From NCBI GenBank assembly GCA_965222615.1, contig CBDCUI010000008.1:480001-544000 (forward strand): a stretch of 64,000 nt of DNA, written 5' to 3'. A program made the translations under genes and the position numbers. A model generated the notes under the pieces. The model was not told where the DNA came from and made no database searches. It worked only from the letters and a program-made list of their open reading frames with translations. Positions 50,923 to 60,033 of this stretch are shown here, piece by piece. Source of the stretch: Gammaproteobacteria bacterium (GTDB lineage Bacteria; Pseudomonadota; Gammaproteobacteria; UBA4575). The first letter of the stretch is position 1. Each line of letters begins with the position of its first letter.

Positions 50923-52791
50923 ATGGCTTGGACACAAAAGATTTTACGCATTAATTTAACTACCGGGAGCTGCCAGGAAGAACCTTTGAATATGGAATGG
51001 GCGCAAGCGTATTTAGGCCAACGAGGCTTGGCAACAAAGTATCTATGCGAAGAGGTCGATCCGAAATGCGATGCCTTGGGGCCAGATAACAAGTTGATCA
51101 TGGCGACAGGCCCACTAACCGGAACCATGGCTGCAACAGGCGGGCGTTATTCAGTGATTACGAAGAGTCCTCTTACCAATACTGTTGCATGTTCTAATTC
51201 TGGAGGTTTCATTGGTGCAGAAATGAAAATGGCAGGTTGGGATATGTTTATTTTTGAAGGTCAATCTAATTCACCTGTTTATTTATATGTACACAATGAT
51301 TCTGCAGAGCTATTACCTGCAGATGAATTATGGGGCAAGTCAGTATGGGAAGCCGATGAATTACTACATCGTAAATATCAGGATCCGCAACTGCGCATCA
51401 GTTGTGTAGGCCGTGCAGCAGAATCAGGGTGTTTATATGCAGCAGTGATAAATGATTTGCACCGTGCAGCAGGACGCTCAGGTGTGGGTACGGTGATGGC
51501 AGCAAAAAAACTGAAAGCGGTTGCAGTGCGAGGAACTAAAGGCGTAGGCAATATAAAAGATGCCAAACGTTTTTTTGTAGTCACTGCAGAGCATAAGAAA
51601 GTATTGGCGGAGAATGCAGTAACAGGTGAGGGTCTTCCTGTTTACGGCACTCAAGTATTAATGAATGTGATTAATGAAGCAGGTGCAATGCCAACCCGAA
51701 ATATGAAAGAAGTGCAATTTGAAGGTGCGCATAAAATTTCAGGTGAAGCCATGCATGAAGCACGTGAAACGGATGGTAAAGCCAATTTGACAACTAATGG
51801 TGCGTGTTTTGCTTGCACGATTGCCTGTGGGCGTATTTCAACGATTGATCAGGGCCATTTTAGTGTCAAAAACAAACCAGAATATTGGGGTAATTCGGGT
51901 GGCTTAGAATACGAAGCTGCATGGGCCTTGGGTTCAGATACCGGTGTAGACGATTTAGATGCCTTAACGTATGCCAACTTTATTTGTAATGAAGACGGTT
52001 ATGATCCAATTACTTTTGGTTCTACTTTGGCGGCTGCAATGGAATTGTATCAAGAAGGATTGATCACTAAAGAGCAAACTCATGGGGTGGAATTAAAGTT
52101 TGGTAATGCCGAGGCAGTAACCAAAGCGGCTGAGTGGGTGGCAAAAGGCGAGGGCTTTGGTTTAGAACTTGGTTTAGGATCAAAACGTCTATGTGAAAAA
52201 TATAAACGCCCAGAGCTTTCCATGACAGTAAAAGGGCAAGAGTTTCCGGCCTATGATCCACGTGGCATTCAGGGTATGGGTCTTGGTTATGCTACTTCGA
52301 ATCGTGGTGCTTGTCATTTGCGTGGTTACACCGTGTCTTCTGAAATCTTAGGGATTCCTGAAAAAACGGATCCATTAGTAAACGAAGGTAAACCAGCATT
52401 GGTAAAAGCCTTTCAAGACGCTACTGCTGCTGTCGATTCTGCCGGTTTGTGTGTTTTTACTACCTTTGCTTGGACACTAGATAACATTGCTCCACAAATC
52501 GATGCCGCCTGCGAGGGTGAGTGGACAACTGAAAAACTAGTTGAAGTGGGTGAGCGAGTTTGGAATTTAGAACGCGATTTTAATCTTGCTGCAGGAATCA
52601 CTGGTAAGGACGATACTTTGCCCAAACGCCTATTAAAAGATGCTGCACAAACGGGTCCGGCCAAAGGGCTTGCTAATAATTTACATCTAATGCTGCCTGA
52701 GTATTATAAATTGCGAGGTTGGACAGCAGACGGAGTGCCTACACAAGAGACACGACAACGTCTAGGCCTGAATCCACAGGGTATCGCATAG
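50923..52791 (+). CDS. Tungsten-dependent aldehyde oxidoreductase catalytic subunit (AorB-like)
   Basis: KSPLT, SNSGG, AGRSGVGTVM..KKLKA, CFACTIAC, EYE, RGACH, YYKLRGW. Confidence 0.95.
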   Translation: MAWTQKILRINLTTGSCQEEPLNMEWAQAYLGQRGLATKYLCEEVDPKCDALGPDNKLIMATGPLTGTMAATGGRYSVITKSPLTNTVACSNSGGFIGAEMKMAGWDMFIFEGQSNSPVYLYVHNDSAELLPADELWGKSVWEADELLHRKYQDPQLRISCVGRAAESGCLYAAVINDLHRAAGRSGVGTVMAAKKLKAVAVRGTKGVGNIKDAKRFFVVTAEHKKVLAENAVTGEGLPVYGTQVLMNVINEAGAMPTRNMKEVQFEGAHKISGEAMHEARETDGKANLTTNGACFACTIACGRISTIDQGHFSVKNKPEYWGNSGGLEYEAAWALGSDTGVDDLDALTYANFICNEDGYDPITFGSTLAAAMELYQEGLITKEQTHGVELKFGNAEAVTKAAEWVAKGEGFGLELGLGSKRLCEKYKRPELSMTVKGQEFPAYDPRGIQGMGLGYATSNRGACHLRGYTVSSEILGIPEKTDPLVNEGKPALVKAFQDATAAVDSAGLCVFTTFAWTLDNIAPQIDAACEGEWTTEKLVEVGERVWNLERDFNLAAGITGKDDTLPKRLLKDAAQTGPAKGLANNLHLMLPEYYKLRGWTADGVPTQETRQRLGLNPQGIA

Positions 52792-52793
52792 GC

Positions 52794-54047
52794 ATGACAC
52801 AACACGTCATCATAGGTGCAGGGCCTGCAGGAATTATTGCAGCAGAAACTTTGCGTAAACTTGACTCTGCTTCACAGATAACCGTCATAGGTTCTGAGCC
52901 AGAGCCGCCATACTCTCGCATGGCAATCCCTTATTATTTAATTAATGACATTAAAGAGTCCGGTACTTATCTACGCAAGAGTTCTAATCATTTTGCAGAT
53001 AGAAATATTGAAATTATTCAGCAACGAGTCAACACGGTTGATGACAAACAACATTCACTTAGTTTGCAAAATGGTAACACGATCAACTATGACAAGCTTT
53101 TGATTGCTAGCGGTTCGCATGCAGTTACTCCGACTTTACCAGGTATTGATGCCCCCTACGTGCATAATTGTTGGACGTTAGAAGATGCCCGCAACATTGT
53201 TAAATTGGCAACAGAAAATGCAAACGTGGTGTTAGTAGGCGCTGGATTTATTGGTTGTATTATTTTAGAGGCTTTAGCAAAACGTAAAGTGCAACTTAGT
53301 GTAGTAGAAATGGAAAATCGTATGGTGCCTCGCATGATGGATGATGAATCAGGTAGCTTGATTAAGAAATGGTGCGAGAATCAAGGCATAAATGTCTATA
53401 CCTCAACGCGTGTTGAAGAAATCGACAATAACACTGTGAGATTGAGTGATGGGGAGTCATTAAAAGCCGATTTAGTGATTATGGCAACCGGTGTAAAACC
53501 GAATACGAATTTTCTTGAGGGAACTGATGTAAAAATTGAAGATGGAGTTTTGGTTAATGAGTTTTTGCAAACTGACTGTGATGACATTTATGCTGCAGGC
53601 GATGTTGCACAAGGAAAAGATTTTTCAACCAATAATTATTCGGTTCAAGCTATACAGCCCACCGCTGCAGATCACGGAAGAATCGCGGCCAACAATATGC
53701 TGGGAAACAAATTACGCCACCAAGGCAGTATTAATATGAATGTATTGGATACCATGGGGCTCATATCCAGTTCTTTTGGTTTATGGATGGGTGCAGAAAG
53801 TGGTGATTCGGCCAAACTCAGTGATCCGGATCGTTTTCGATATCTCAATCTACAATTCCAAGACGATGTGCTAATTGGCGCAAGTAGTCTAGGTTTGACC
53901 GAGCATGTAGGGGTAGTGCGTGGCCTTATTCAGAGCAAGACAAAGTTAGGTAAATGGAAATCACGACTCAAAGCGGATCCCACGCGGCTTATGGAAGCCT
54001 ATCTAGGATGTACCCAGGCGGTTGGCCACAACGCTGGCATGATCTAA
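52794..54047 (+). CDS. FAD/NAD-dependent oxidoreductase (AorC-like)
   Basis: GAGPAG, PYSR, GAGFIG, AAGD. Start placed at ATG 52794, after the aorB stop. Confidence 0.92.
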   Translation: MTQHVIIGAGPAGIIAAETLRKLDSASQITVIGSEPEPPYSRMAIPYYLINDIKESGTYLRKSSNHFADRNIEIIQQRVNTVDDKQHSLSLQNGNTINYDKLLIASGSHAVTPTLPGIDAPYVHNCWTLEDARNIVKLATENANVVLVGAGFIGCIILEALAKRKVQLSVVEMENRMVPRMMDDESGSLIKKWCENQGINVYTSTRVEEIDNNTVRLSDGESLKADLVIMATGVKPNTNFLEGTDVKIEDGVLVNEFLQTDCDDIYAAGDVAQGKDFSTNNYSVQAIQPTAADHGRIAANNMLGNKLRHQGSINMNVLDTMGLISSSFGLWMGAESGDSAKLSDPDRFRYLNLQFQDDVLIGASSLGLTEHVGVVRGLIQSKTKLGKWKSRLKADPTRLMEAYLGCTQAVGHNAGMI

Positions 54048-54123
54048 AGCCAGCTCTAACTCGGCCTCACAAAAAAATTACTATTTTTAGAAATACCTTT
54101 AAGTATCACGCAAGGTAAATGTA

Positions 54124-54375
54124 ATGAAAATTACATTAAAACTGTATGCAACGCTGGGTGATCTGCTTCCTGATCATGCGCGTCAAAATATGGTGGAAAT
54201 CGAAGTAGCCGAAGACGCTACTCCAAACCAAGTAATAGATGAATTTAAAGTACCGCAGGAACTAGTGCATTTGGTGTTGTTGAACGGACGCTATGTTGAA
54301 CCCGAGCAGCGGGATCAATCGATACTTCAGCCTGATGACGCATTGGCAATTTGGCCCCCTATTGCAGGTGGGTGA
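54124..54375 (+). CDS. MoaD/ThiS sulfur carrier
   Basis: MKITLKLYATL ... PPIAGG C-terminal GG. Confidence 0.93.
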   Translation: MKITLKLYATLGDLLPDHARQNMVEIEVAEDATPNQVIDEFKVPQELVHLVLLNGRYVEPEQRDQSILQPDDALAIWPPIAGG

Positions 54376-54379
54376 TGAT

Positions 54380-54673
54380 TTGAGCAAAACAATCCGCTTT
54401 TCAAAAGAGATGGGCATCAGTCGTGACGATTTATATCGAGCCTTACCTTCTATATTCCAACAACAACCTTATAAAATTAAAGATGATTCAATCATTGCCA
54501 AGAAGAATCAAAGAAGTTTAGTGATTAATATATTAAAAGAAGATGTTCGTAAACTGGCTTCAATGAAAGTACCGCGTTTAGTATTAGATTTTTGTTTTGA
54601 AAACTACACTCAGGCGCAAGTGACCTCTTTTGAGAAGCGTTTTTTATTACACTTACAAAAAGGAGGCGGCTAA
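54380..54673 (+). CDS. Small conserved protein ending in GGG (AorE-like position)
   Basis: KEMGISRDD.YRALP ... FLLHLQKGGG. Start TTG 54380 (or GTG 54368) rather than 54293. Confidence 0.65.
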   Translation: MSKTIRFSKEMGISRDDLYRALPSIFQQQPYKIKDDSIIAKKNQRSLVINILKEDVRKLASMKVPRLVLDFCFENYTQAQVTSFEKRFLLHLQKGGG

Positions 54674-54689
54674 GCCACACATATTAATT

Positions 54690-55112
54690 TCACTTCCAGC
54701 CAACTGGTTCATAGCCTTTATCAACAAGGCAGCGCTCAACAATATATTTGAATTCCGGACTAGGCTCATTGGAGCGTTTTATTCCTGAAAAGAATCGGCT
54801 CAGACCACGGTTAATGGCGCCCACTGCAGCACCTACACCGGCATTCCCGGTCACGGCCCCGCTAGCGGCACCTGTGGCTGCACCTTCTGTAGCACTGCCA
54901 GCAGTTCCTTTCGCTATTTCTCCTGCACCATTGGCTTTCGCACCACTGTCTTTGGCAAGTTGTATACATTCGTCAATATCTTGCCTTACCTGTTTATCGC
55001 CCACCTCTTTAGCATGTTCGTTGGGATACAGAATAGGTTGCGAAGTGGCACAAGCACAAAGCATTGTCGTGGCAAACCATATAGGCAGAAAAGTTGATGA
55101 GCGATGCATCAC
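54690..55112 (-). CDS. Glycine-zipper lipoprotein
   Basis: Lipobox LCAC, GAATGAASGAVTG zipper, paired Cys, CL.DKGYEPVGWK. Confidence 0.8.
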   Translation of the reverse strand: MMHRSSTFLPIWFATTMLCACATSQPILYPNEHAKEVGDKQVRQDIDECIQLAKDSGAKANGAGEIAKGTAGSATEGAATGAASGAVTGNAGVGAAVGAINRGLSRFFSGIKRSNEPSPEFKYIVERCLVDKGYEPVGWK

Positions 55113-55187
55113 TGTATTTTACTCCTAATTCGCTAGTGTATTGTAAGACAAACTTTCAGAAATAAAGTTACAACTAAAAATGATGCT

Positions 55188-55266
55188 GGACTGCCACGCA
55201 AGCTAATGCTTGCTCGCAGTGACGGATTTTCTTGTCATTGCGAGTCATGAAATGACGAAGCAATCT
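55188..55266. repeat. Inverted pair of GTCAyTGCGAG...GCAATC-type palindromic repeats
   Basis: Minus copy GTCACTGCGAGCAAGC-ATTA-GCTTGCGTGGCAGTCC (55188-55223); plus copy GTCATTGCGAGTCAT-GAA-ATGACGAAGCAATCT (55234-55266). Confidence 0.75.
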
Positions 55267-55281
55267 AGTCAATTAATATAA

Positions 55282-56229
55282 TCAAGGCAGTTTGGCTTCT
55301 AAATCTTCGACATTTACTTTAGGGTGGGCTTGCTTGAATTTTTCCAATTGTCGAGCGGCCTCGGCATAATCTTTTCTGGCGATCAACTTCTCAATCATTA
55401 ACAACCAGTCTCCTACAGGTATAGGAGCAAAATCAGTATCTTCTTTAGATTCAGCTCTGTCATCATGCAGCATGGGCTCTTGTTGTGCATCCGATTCGAA
55501 ATCTTTTCTAGATCTTTCTCGCGACATCGTTTCGGTATTGCCATTTGTACTATATGTACCTTCTTGAACAGTGGATGGCTGTTCATTAAGTATAGCTCTG
55601 GGAGAATCTTGCAAGGGTTCTAAGGTTCTGTTTGGTCTTGACGATTTAACCTCAGACTTAGATTTCATACTGGGTGCTGCAACAGATGGTTGTTCAGCTG
55701 GAACTTGTTCAAGTTTATTATTCCGTTGATACTCATCTAGCTGTCGAGATTTTTCTAATGTCGGTGTTGGTTGTGATACTGTTTCCTGGTCAAGTTTTTT
55801 TCTTGCTTCTAATTTCTCTTGCGCCGCATTAGCAGGTGTTTGAGTTTCGGCACGACCAGATAATTCTTCTGTCTCTGTCGCAATGCCATCAGTAGGCATA
55901 GAAATTTCATCAATGGGTGCATTGAAATCACCAGCCCCGCTTTTATTCTTTGTCGTAGTTTGCATATCAGATTCACTCGAGGGAATGGGTGGAATTTCTA
56001 ATTGTTCAGGGCTTTGATCAAGTTGTACCAGTAGTGCAAAAACTAACACCACACTTGCGGCCAACGATAGAGGCACTTTCCAACCACCACCAAAATGACT
56101 GCCACCACGTTTTGATGATTGTTTGTTGGCGGCATACTCTAAAATCTCTTGATCAAGCTCAGCAGAAGGGGCTTCATTTGCGCCTTTTTTATAAAGCTGT
56201 TTTAAAACTTGATCGTCTTGAGAATTCAT
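55282..56229 (-). CDS. Putative anti-sigma factor (SbrR-like architecture)
   Basis: Follows the ECF sigma gene. EAPSAELDQEIL, TM WKVPLSLAASVVL, low-complexity periplasmic part, helical C-terminus EAARQLEKFKQAHP. Confidence 0.7.
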   Translation of the reverse strand: MNSQDDQVLKQLYKKGANEAPSAELDQEILEYAANKQSSKRGGSHFGGGWKVPLSLAASVVLVFALLVQLDQSPEQLEIPPIPSSESDMQTTTKNKSGAGDFNAPIDEISMPTDGIATETEELSGRAETQTPANAAQEKLEARKKLDQETVSQPTPTLEKSRQLDEYQRNNKLEQVPAEQPSVAAPSMKSKSEVKSSRPNRTLEPLQDSPRAILNEQPSTVQEGTYSTNGNTETMSRERSRKDFESDAQQEPMLHDDRAESKEDTDFAPIPVGDWLLMIEKLIARKDYAEAARQLEKFKQAHPKVNVEDLEAKLP

Positions 56230-56252
56230 ATCTTTAGTTCAATTTTACATAT

Positions 56253-56816
56253 TTAATTTATTAGAGCAGCTTTAAGTTTGTTTTTAGCATAACGCAAACG
56301 GCTTTTAGCCGTTTCAGGATTTACCTTAGTGATTTCAGCTATTTCATTCACATTCATGTCTTGTTCAAAATGTAACAACGCTGCTTCTTTTTGGCTTGCG
56401 GGAAGTTCATCAAAGGCATGCATGAGTTGTTTAGTTTTTTGTTTCAAAGTGAACTCATCTTCAGGTAATGCCAAGGTATTTGACGTGTTAGTAAGTTCAT
56501 AATTCATTTCGGCTTCCTCGAATTCAACCACCTGAGCGGGTTTACTTTTTCTGTAGTAATCGACCAGCGTATTGTGAGCAATCGTAAACAAATAAGTTGT
56601 AAACTTTGCTTTGGGTTGATATCGAGTAGCACTGTTAATCAATTTAATCCATACCTCTTGATAAAGTTCTTCAGATTGCGGTTCGTCACTGCAATGCTTT
56701 ATAAAGTAACGATACAATGCATCTTTATATCTGCGATATAGTGTCTCAAAGGCTGCTTGATCTCCTTGCTGGTATTGCAGCATTAAGGCTTCGTCAGATA
56801 CATGCTTGTCCTCCAT
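56253..56816 (-). CDS. ECF sigma-70 factor
   Basis: GDQAAFETLY, EELYQEVW, FTTYLFTIAHN, region 4 EIAEI...ETAKSRLRYA. Confidence 0.95.
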   Translation of the reverse strand: MEDKHVSDEALMLQYQQGDQAAFETLYRRYKDALYRYFIKHCSDEPQSEELYQEVWIKLINSATRYQPKAKFTTYLFTIAHNTLVDYYRKSKPAQVVEFEEAEMNYELTNTSNTLALPEDEFTLKQKTKQLMHAFDELPASQKEAALLHFEQDMNVNEIAEITKVNPETAKSRLRYAKNKLKAALIN

Positions 56817-56874
56817 AGAATAAGCAGACTAACCATGCCAACAAGGTAACGCAATACCGTTTGTTGCCTCTATA

Positions 56875-56902
56875 TAAACGAAAAAGTTTACATAAAGGGT
56901 TA
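56875..56902 (-). promoter_or_regulatory. Candidate autoregulated ECF promoter
   Basis: Minus strand TAACCC-N16-CGTTTA, about 60 bp upstream of the sigma start; fits the AAC/CGT ECF promoter pattern. Confidence 0.55.
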
Positions 56903-56956
56903 GTCCCAAGCGTGATTCTCACTACCGTTTATCTGATAGCATGCTAGGATATTTAA

Positions 56957-58120
56957 ATGGCGCTGTGCAGAATATCCAAACGCCTTGAGCAGCTAGAGTC
57001 GTTTCACGTCATGAGTTTAATGGCGGAGGCAAAACAGCTAGCAGCACAAGGGCATCACGTTATACACATGGAAATGGGTGAGCCCGATTTTTCCACGCCT
57101 GAACCTATAGTAGAAGCAGGTATCGCAGCATTACGTGCAGGCATAACGCACTATACCCCTACACTGGGACTGCCAGCTTTACGCGAAGCCATTGCAAATT
57201 TTTATCAAGAAGAATATGGCGTTACCGTATCTGCCGAACAGATTGTTATTACGCCTGGATCCGCCTTGGCATTACAACTGGTTTTAAATGTAATGATATC
57301 GGCTGGAGACCAAGTTGCGATTGCAGATCCTGCTTATCCAAGCACACATAATTTAGTTCGCTTACTGGGTGGTGTGGTATTGCATATGCCCGTGAGCGAA
57401 GCCTCGTCATGGCAACTTAATCTTGAATTATTAGAGCAAAATTGGAATGAATCCGTTAATGCAGTATTAATAGCAAGCCCCTCTAATCCAACTGGCACCA
57501 TACTCACAAATGATGAATTACAGAAAATTGTAGACTTTTGTGCAGAGAAGGGTGTATTTCTATTGGTCGATGAAATTTATCATGGACTAGTGTACTCGCA
57601 TGCACCTCGTACTGCAGTTGATATCAATGAAAATACATTCGTTATAAATAGCTTTTCGAAATTTTATGGCATGACGGGTTGGCGAGTGGGCTGGATTGTT
57701 GCGCCAAAAAGATATTTAAAAGAAATAAACAAACTTGCGCAACATACATTTTTAGCGGCCCCTACACCAGGACAATATGCAGCACTCGCAGCTTTTCAAA
57801 AAGACACAAAAGAGATTTTGCTAGCAAGACGTGAAGAATTTAAACAACGACGGGATTACTTAGTCAAAGCGCTCAAATCAATAGGTTTTGGAATTCCAGT
57901 AAAACCCGAAGGGGCCTTCTATATCTATGCTGATTCGTCAGCATTTTCAGATGATAGCTACGAATTTGCGCGCAAGGTATTAACAGAAAAACATGTCGCA
58001 TTTACACCAGGGATTGATTTTGGAGTAAACGGTGCTAAACAACATGTGAGATTTGCCTACACCACCAATCTAGAAAATCTAAAAATAGGTATTGAACGTT
58101 TAGCTGAAATAAAAGCTTGA
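56957..58120 (+). CDS. PLP-dependent aminotransferase class I/II
   Basis: GEPDF, SPSNPTG, DEIY, SFSKFYGMTGWRVG, GAFY. Confidence 0.95.
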   Translation: MALCRISKRLEQLESFHVMSLMAEAKQLAAQGHHVIHMEMGEPDFSTPEPIVEAGIAALRAGITHYTPTLGLPALREAIANFYQEEYGVTVSAEQIVITPGSALALQLVLNVMISAGDQVAIADPAYPSTHNLVRLLGGVVLHMPVSEASSWQLNLELLEQNWNESVNAVLIASPSNPTGTILTNDELQKIVDFCAEKGVFLLVDEIYHGLVYSHAPRTAVDINENTFVINSFSKFYGMTGWRVGWIVAPKRYLKEINKLAQHTFLAAPTPGQYAALAAFQKDTKEILLARREEFKQRRDYLVKALKSIGFGIPVKPEGAFYIYADSSAFSDDSYEFARKVLTEKHVAFTPGIDFGVNGAKQHVRFAYTTNLENLKIGIERLAEIKA

Positions 58121-58431
58121 ATGCATCCCAATAGATGCACTGATAAAAAAGTTTAACAAAAGAAAATAAATAATTATTAAAAGTAAGTTAATGATCTAAA
58201 TAATTAAAAAATAAAGAAACACAGCAATGACAAAATTTTGACACTTAACAAAACTGAACATTAATTATTCAGTTTTATAAAAAAACGTACAACAAACAAA
58301 CAACTTGAAATAACAACTTCATACAAAACAAGTGTAGTTACACAATAGAAACAAAAATAACTATTGAAATATACATTTAGACCGATATAGTTAAATCAAT
58401 AATCAAAATTAAGAAATTTTGGGGAGAATTT

Positions 58432-60030
58432 GTGGGGATTCCGGGGCAGAGTAAAAATAATCTAATTCATTTTTTTCGTTTAATTTTTTTGGTTTCAACT
58501 TTGTTCCTAGCTTATGGAGCATGTGTTCACGCTGGTGTTGGTCAATGTGTGTGCACATCAAATTGTGGCAATGTTCCATCAATAAATGCAAGTTCACCTG
58601 GGCAATGTTTTCCCTATTTTACTGAAGCATATAACAATACTTTTGGAACAGACTGTACTCACTCGCCAGAATTGATTGATAGTAATCACAATCCAAATGA
58701 AAATTTCACTTGGGATACATATGGCATGCATAACGTAGGTGGATCGCATGTAATTTGTCAAAATCCTGGTGGTGGTATGGTTCAATTCAGATACTGCTCA
58801 AATAACACTCAAAATTACCCAGAGTGTGAAACAAACCAAGTTTCACTTCCCAGCACATTAGGCGGGAAACAACCATCCTGCCCAAGAGGTAACCCAGTAC
58901 ACCCAGCCACAGGAAATAAGTTTCAAACTGAAACAGATTTTGCAAATACAGGTGAACTTTCGTTTACACGTTATTACAACAGTTTAGGAGAAGAAGAATA
59001 TGGGCTAGGCAAAGGCTGGAGTGCACAATATCACCAACATTTACTTATCTCATCGAGTATTTTAATAGTCCTAAATAACCAAGATGGACAGAGTCACGCA
59101 TTTAATTGTTCCTCTATAGGTGAATGTGAAAAGCTTGCAGATATAAAGGATTTACTAGAAAAAACTGCTACAGGCTTCCTGCTAACAACAGAAGATAATG
59201 TTGTTGAATCGTATGATCTTAATGGCAAACTTATCTCTATCACCTCGTTGTCAGGCCAAACTCAGACTTTAAGTTACAACAGCACGACAGACTTACTTGA
59301 GACCGTAACTGATAACAATGGCAGAATAATTAGTTTTACCTACGATACTCAAGAACGCCCTGCAACTATCACCGATCCAGATGGTGAGGTTTATACCTAT
59401 GACTACGATACCAATAACAACTTAGTTAAAGTTACCTACCCAGACAATACCCCAGGAACCAATACCGATAATCCAACCAGACAATATCAATACAACGACA
59501 CCAACTATCCAAATCACCTCACCGACATTATCGATGAAAATGGCAACACCTTTGCCAGTTTTGGCTACGACACCCAAGGCCGAGCCATCTTTACAGAACA
59601 TGCCAATGGAAATGAACGAATAGATCTAACCTACAACGCAGATGGTACTACTACAGTAACTGATTCACTCGGAGCAACCAACACCTACACCTATGAAATT
59701 ATGTTCGGGGTCCCCCGAACCTCAACCATAACTGGCGGACAGTGCGGAAGTGGATGTACCGGAGAAGGACAAGCACAAACCTATGATGCAAATGGATTTC
59801 TCGCAAGCCGCACCGACTTTGAAGGCAACATCACAACTTTTATTAATAACAGCCGAGGCTTACAAACTTCTCGAACCGAAGCCGTCAGCACCCCCGAAGA
59901 AAGAACCATCACCACCGAATGGCATTCCGATTTTAGATTGCCCACCAAAATAACCGAACCGGGTAAAGAAACCATCTTTACTTATGACACACAGGGCCGA
60001 CTCCTGTCGCGTGCGGAAAGAGAGATTTAA
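58432..60030 (+). CDS. Secreted YD/Rhs-repeat protein 1: Cys-rich variable N-domain + DUF6531-like + YD repeats
   Basis: Signal-like stretch ending ACVHA; CPRGNPVHPATGNK; RYYNS; YD repeats; ends YDTQGRLLSRAEREI. Confidence 0.9.
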   Translation: MGIPGQSKNNLIHFFRLIFLVSTLFLAYGACVHAGVGQCVCTSNCGNVPSINASSPGQCFPYFTEAYNNTFGTDCTHSPELIDSNHNPNENFTWDTYGMHNVGGSHVICQNPGGGMVQFRYCSNNTQNYPECETNQVSLPSTLGGKQPSCPRGNPVHPATGNKFQTETDFANTGELSFTRYYNSLGEEEYGLGKGWSAQYHQHLLISSSILIVLNNQDGQSHAFNCSSIGECEKLADIKDLLEKTATGFLLTTEDNVVESYDLNGKLISITSLSGQTQTLSYNSTTDLLETVTDNNGRIISFTYDTQERPATITDPDGEVYTYDYDTNNNLVKVTYPDNTPGTNTDNPTRQYQYNDTNYPNHLTDIIDENGNTFASFGYDTQGRAIFTEHANGNERIDLTYNADGTTTVTDSLGATNTYTYEIMFGVPRTSTITGGQCGSGCTGEGQAQTYDANGFLASRTDFEGNITTFINNSRGLQTSRTEAVSTPEERTITTEWHSDFRLPTKITEPGKETIFTYDTQGRLLSRAEREI

Positions 60031-60033
60031 TGT

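Noticed and set aside
52719-52793. N-terminal extension of the AorC-like ORF
   Set aside because: Overlaps aorB; the Rossmann motif begins right after ATG 52794.
54748-55128. 126-aa plus-strand Ala/Pro-rich ORF
   Set aside because: Antisense of the glycine-zipper lipoprotein.
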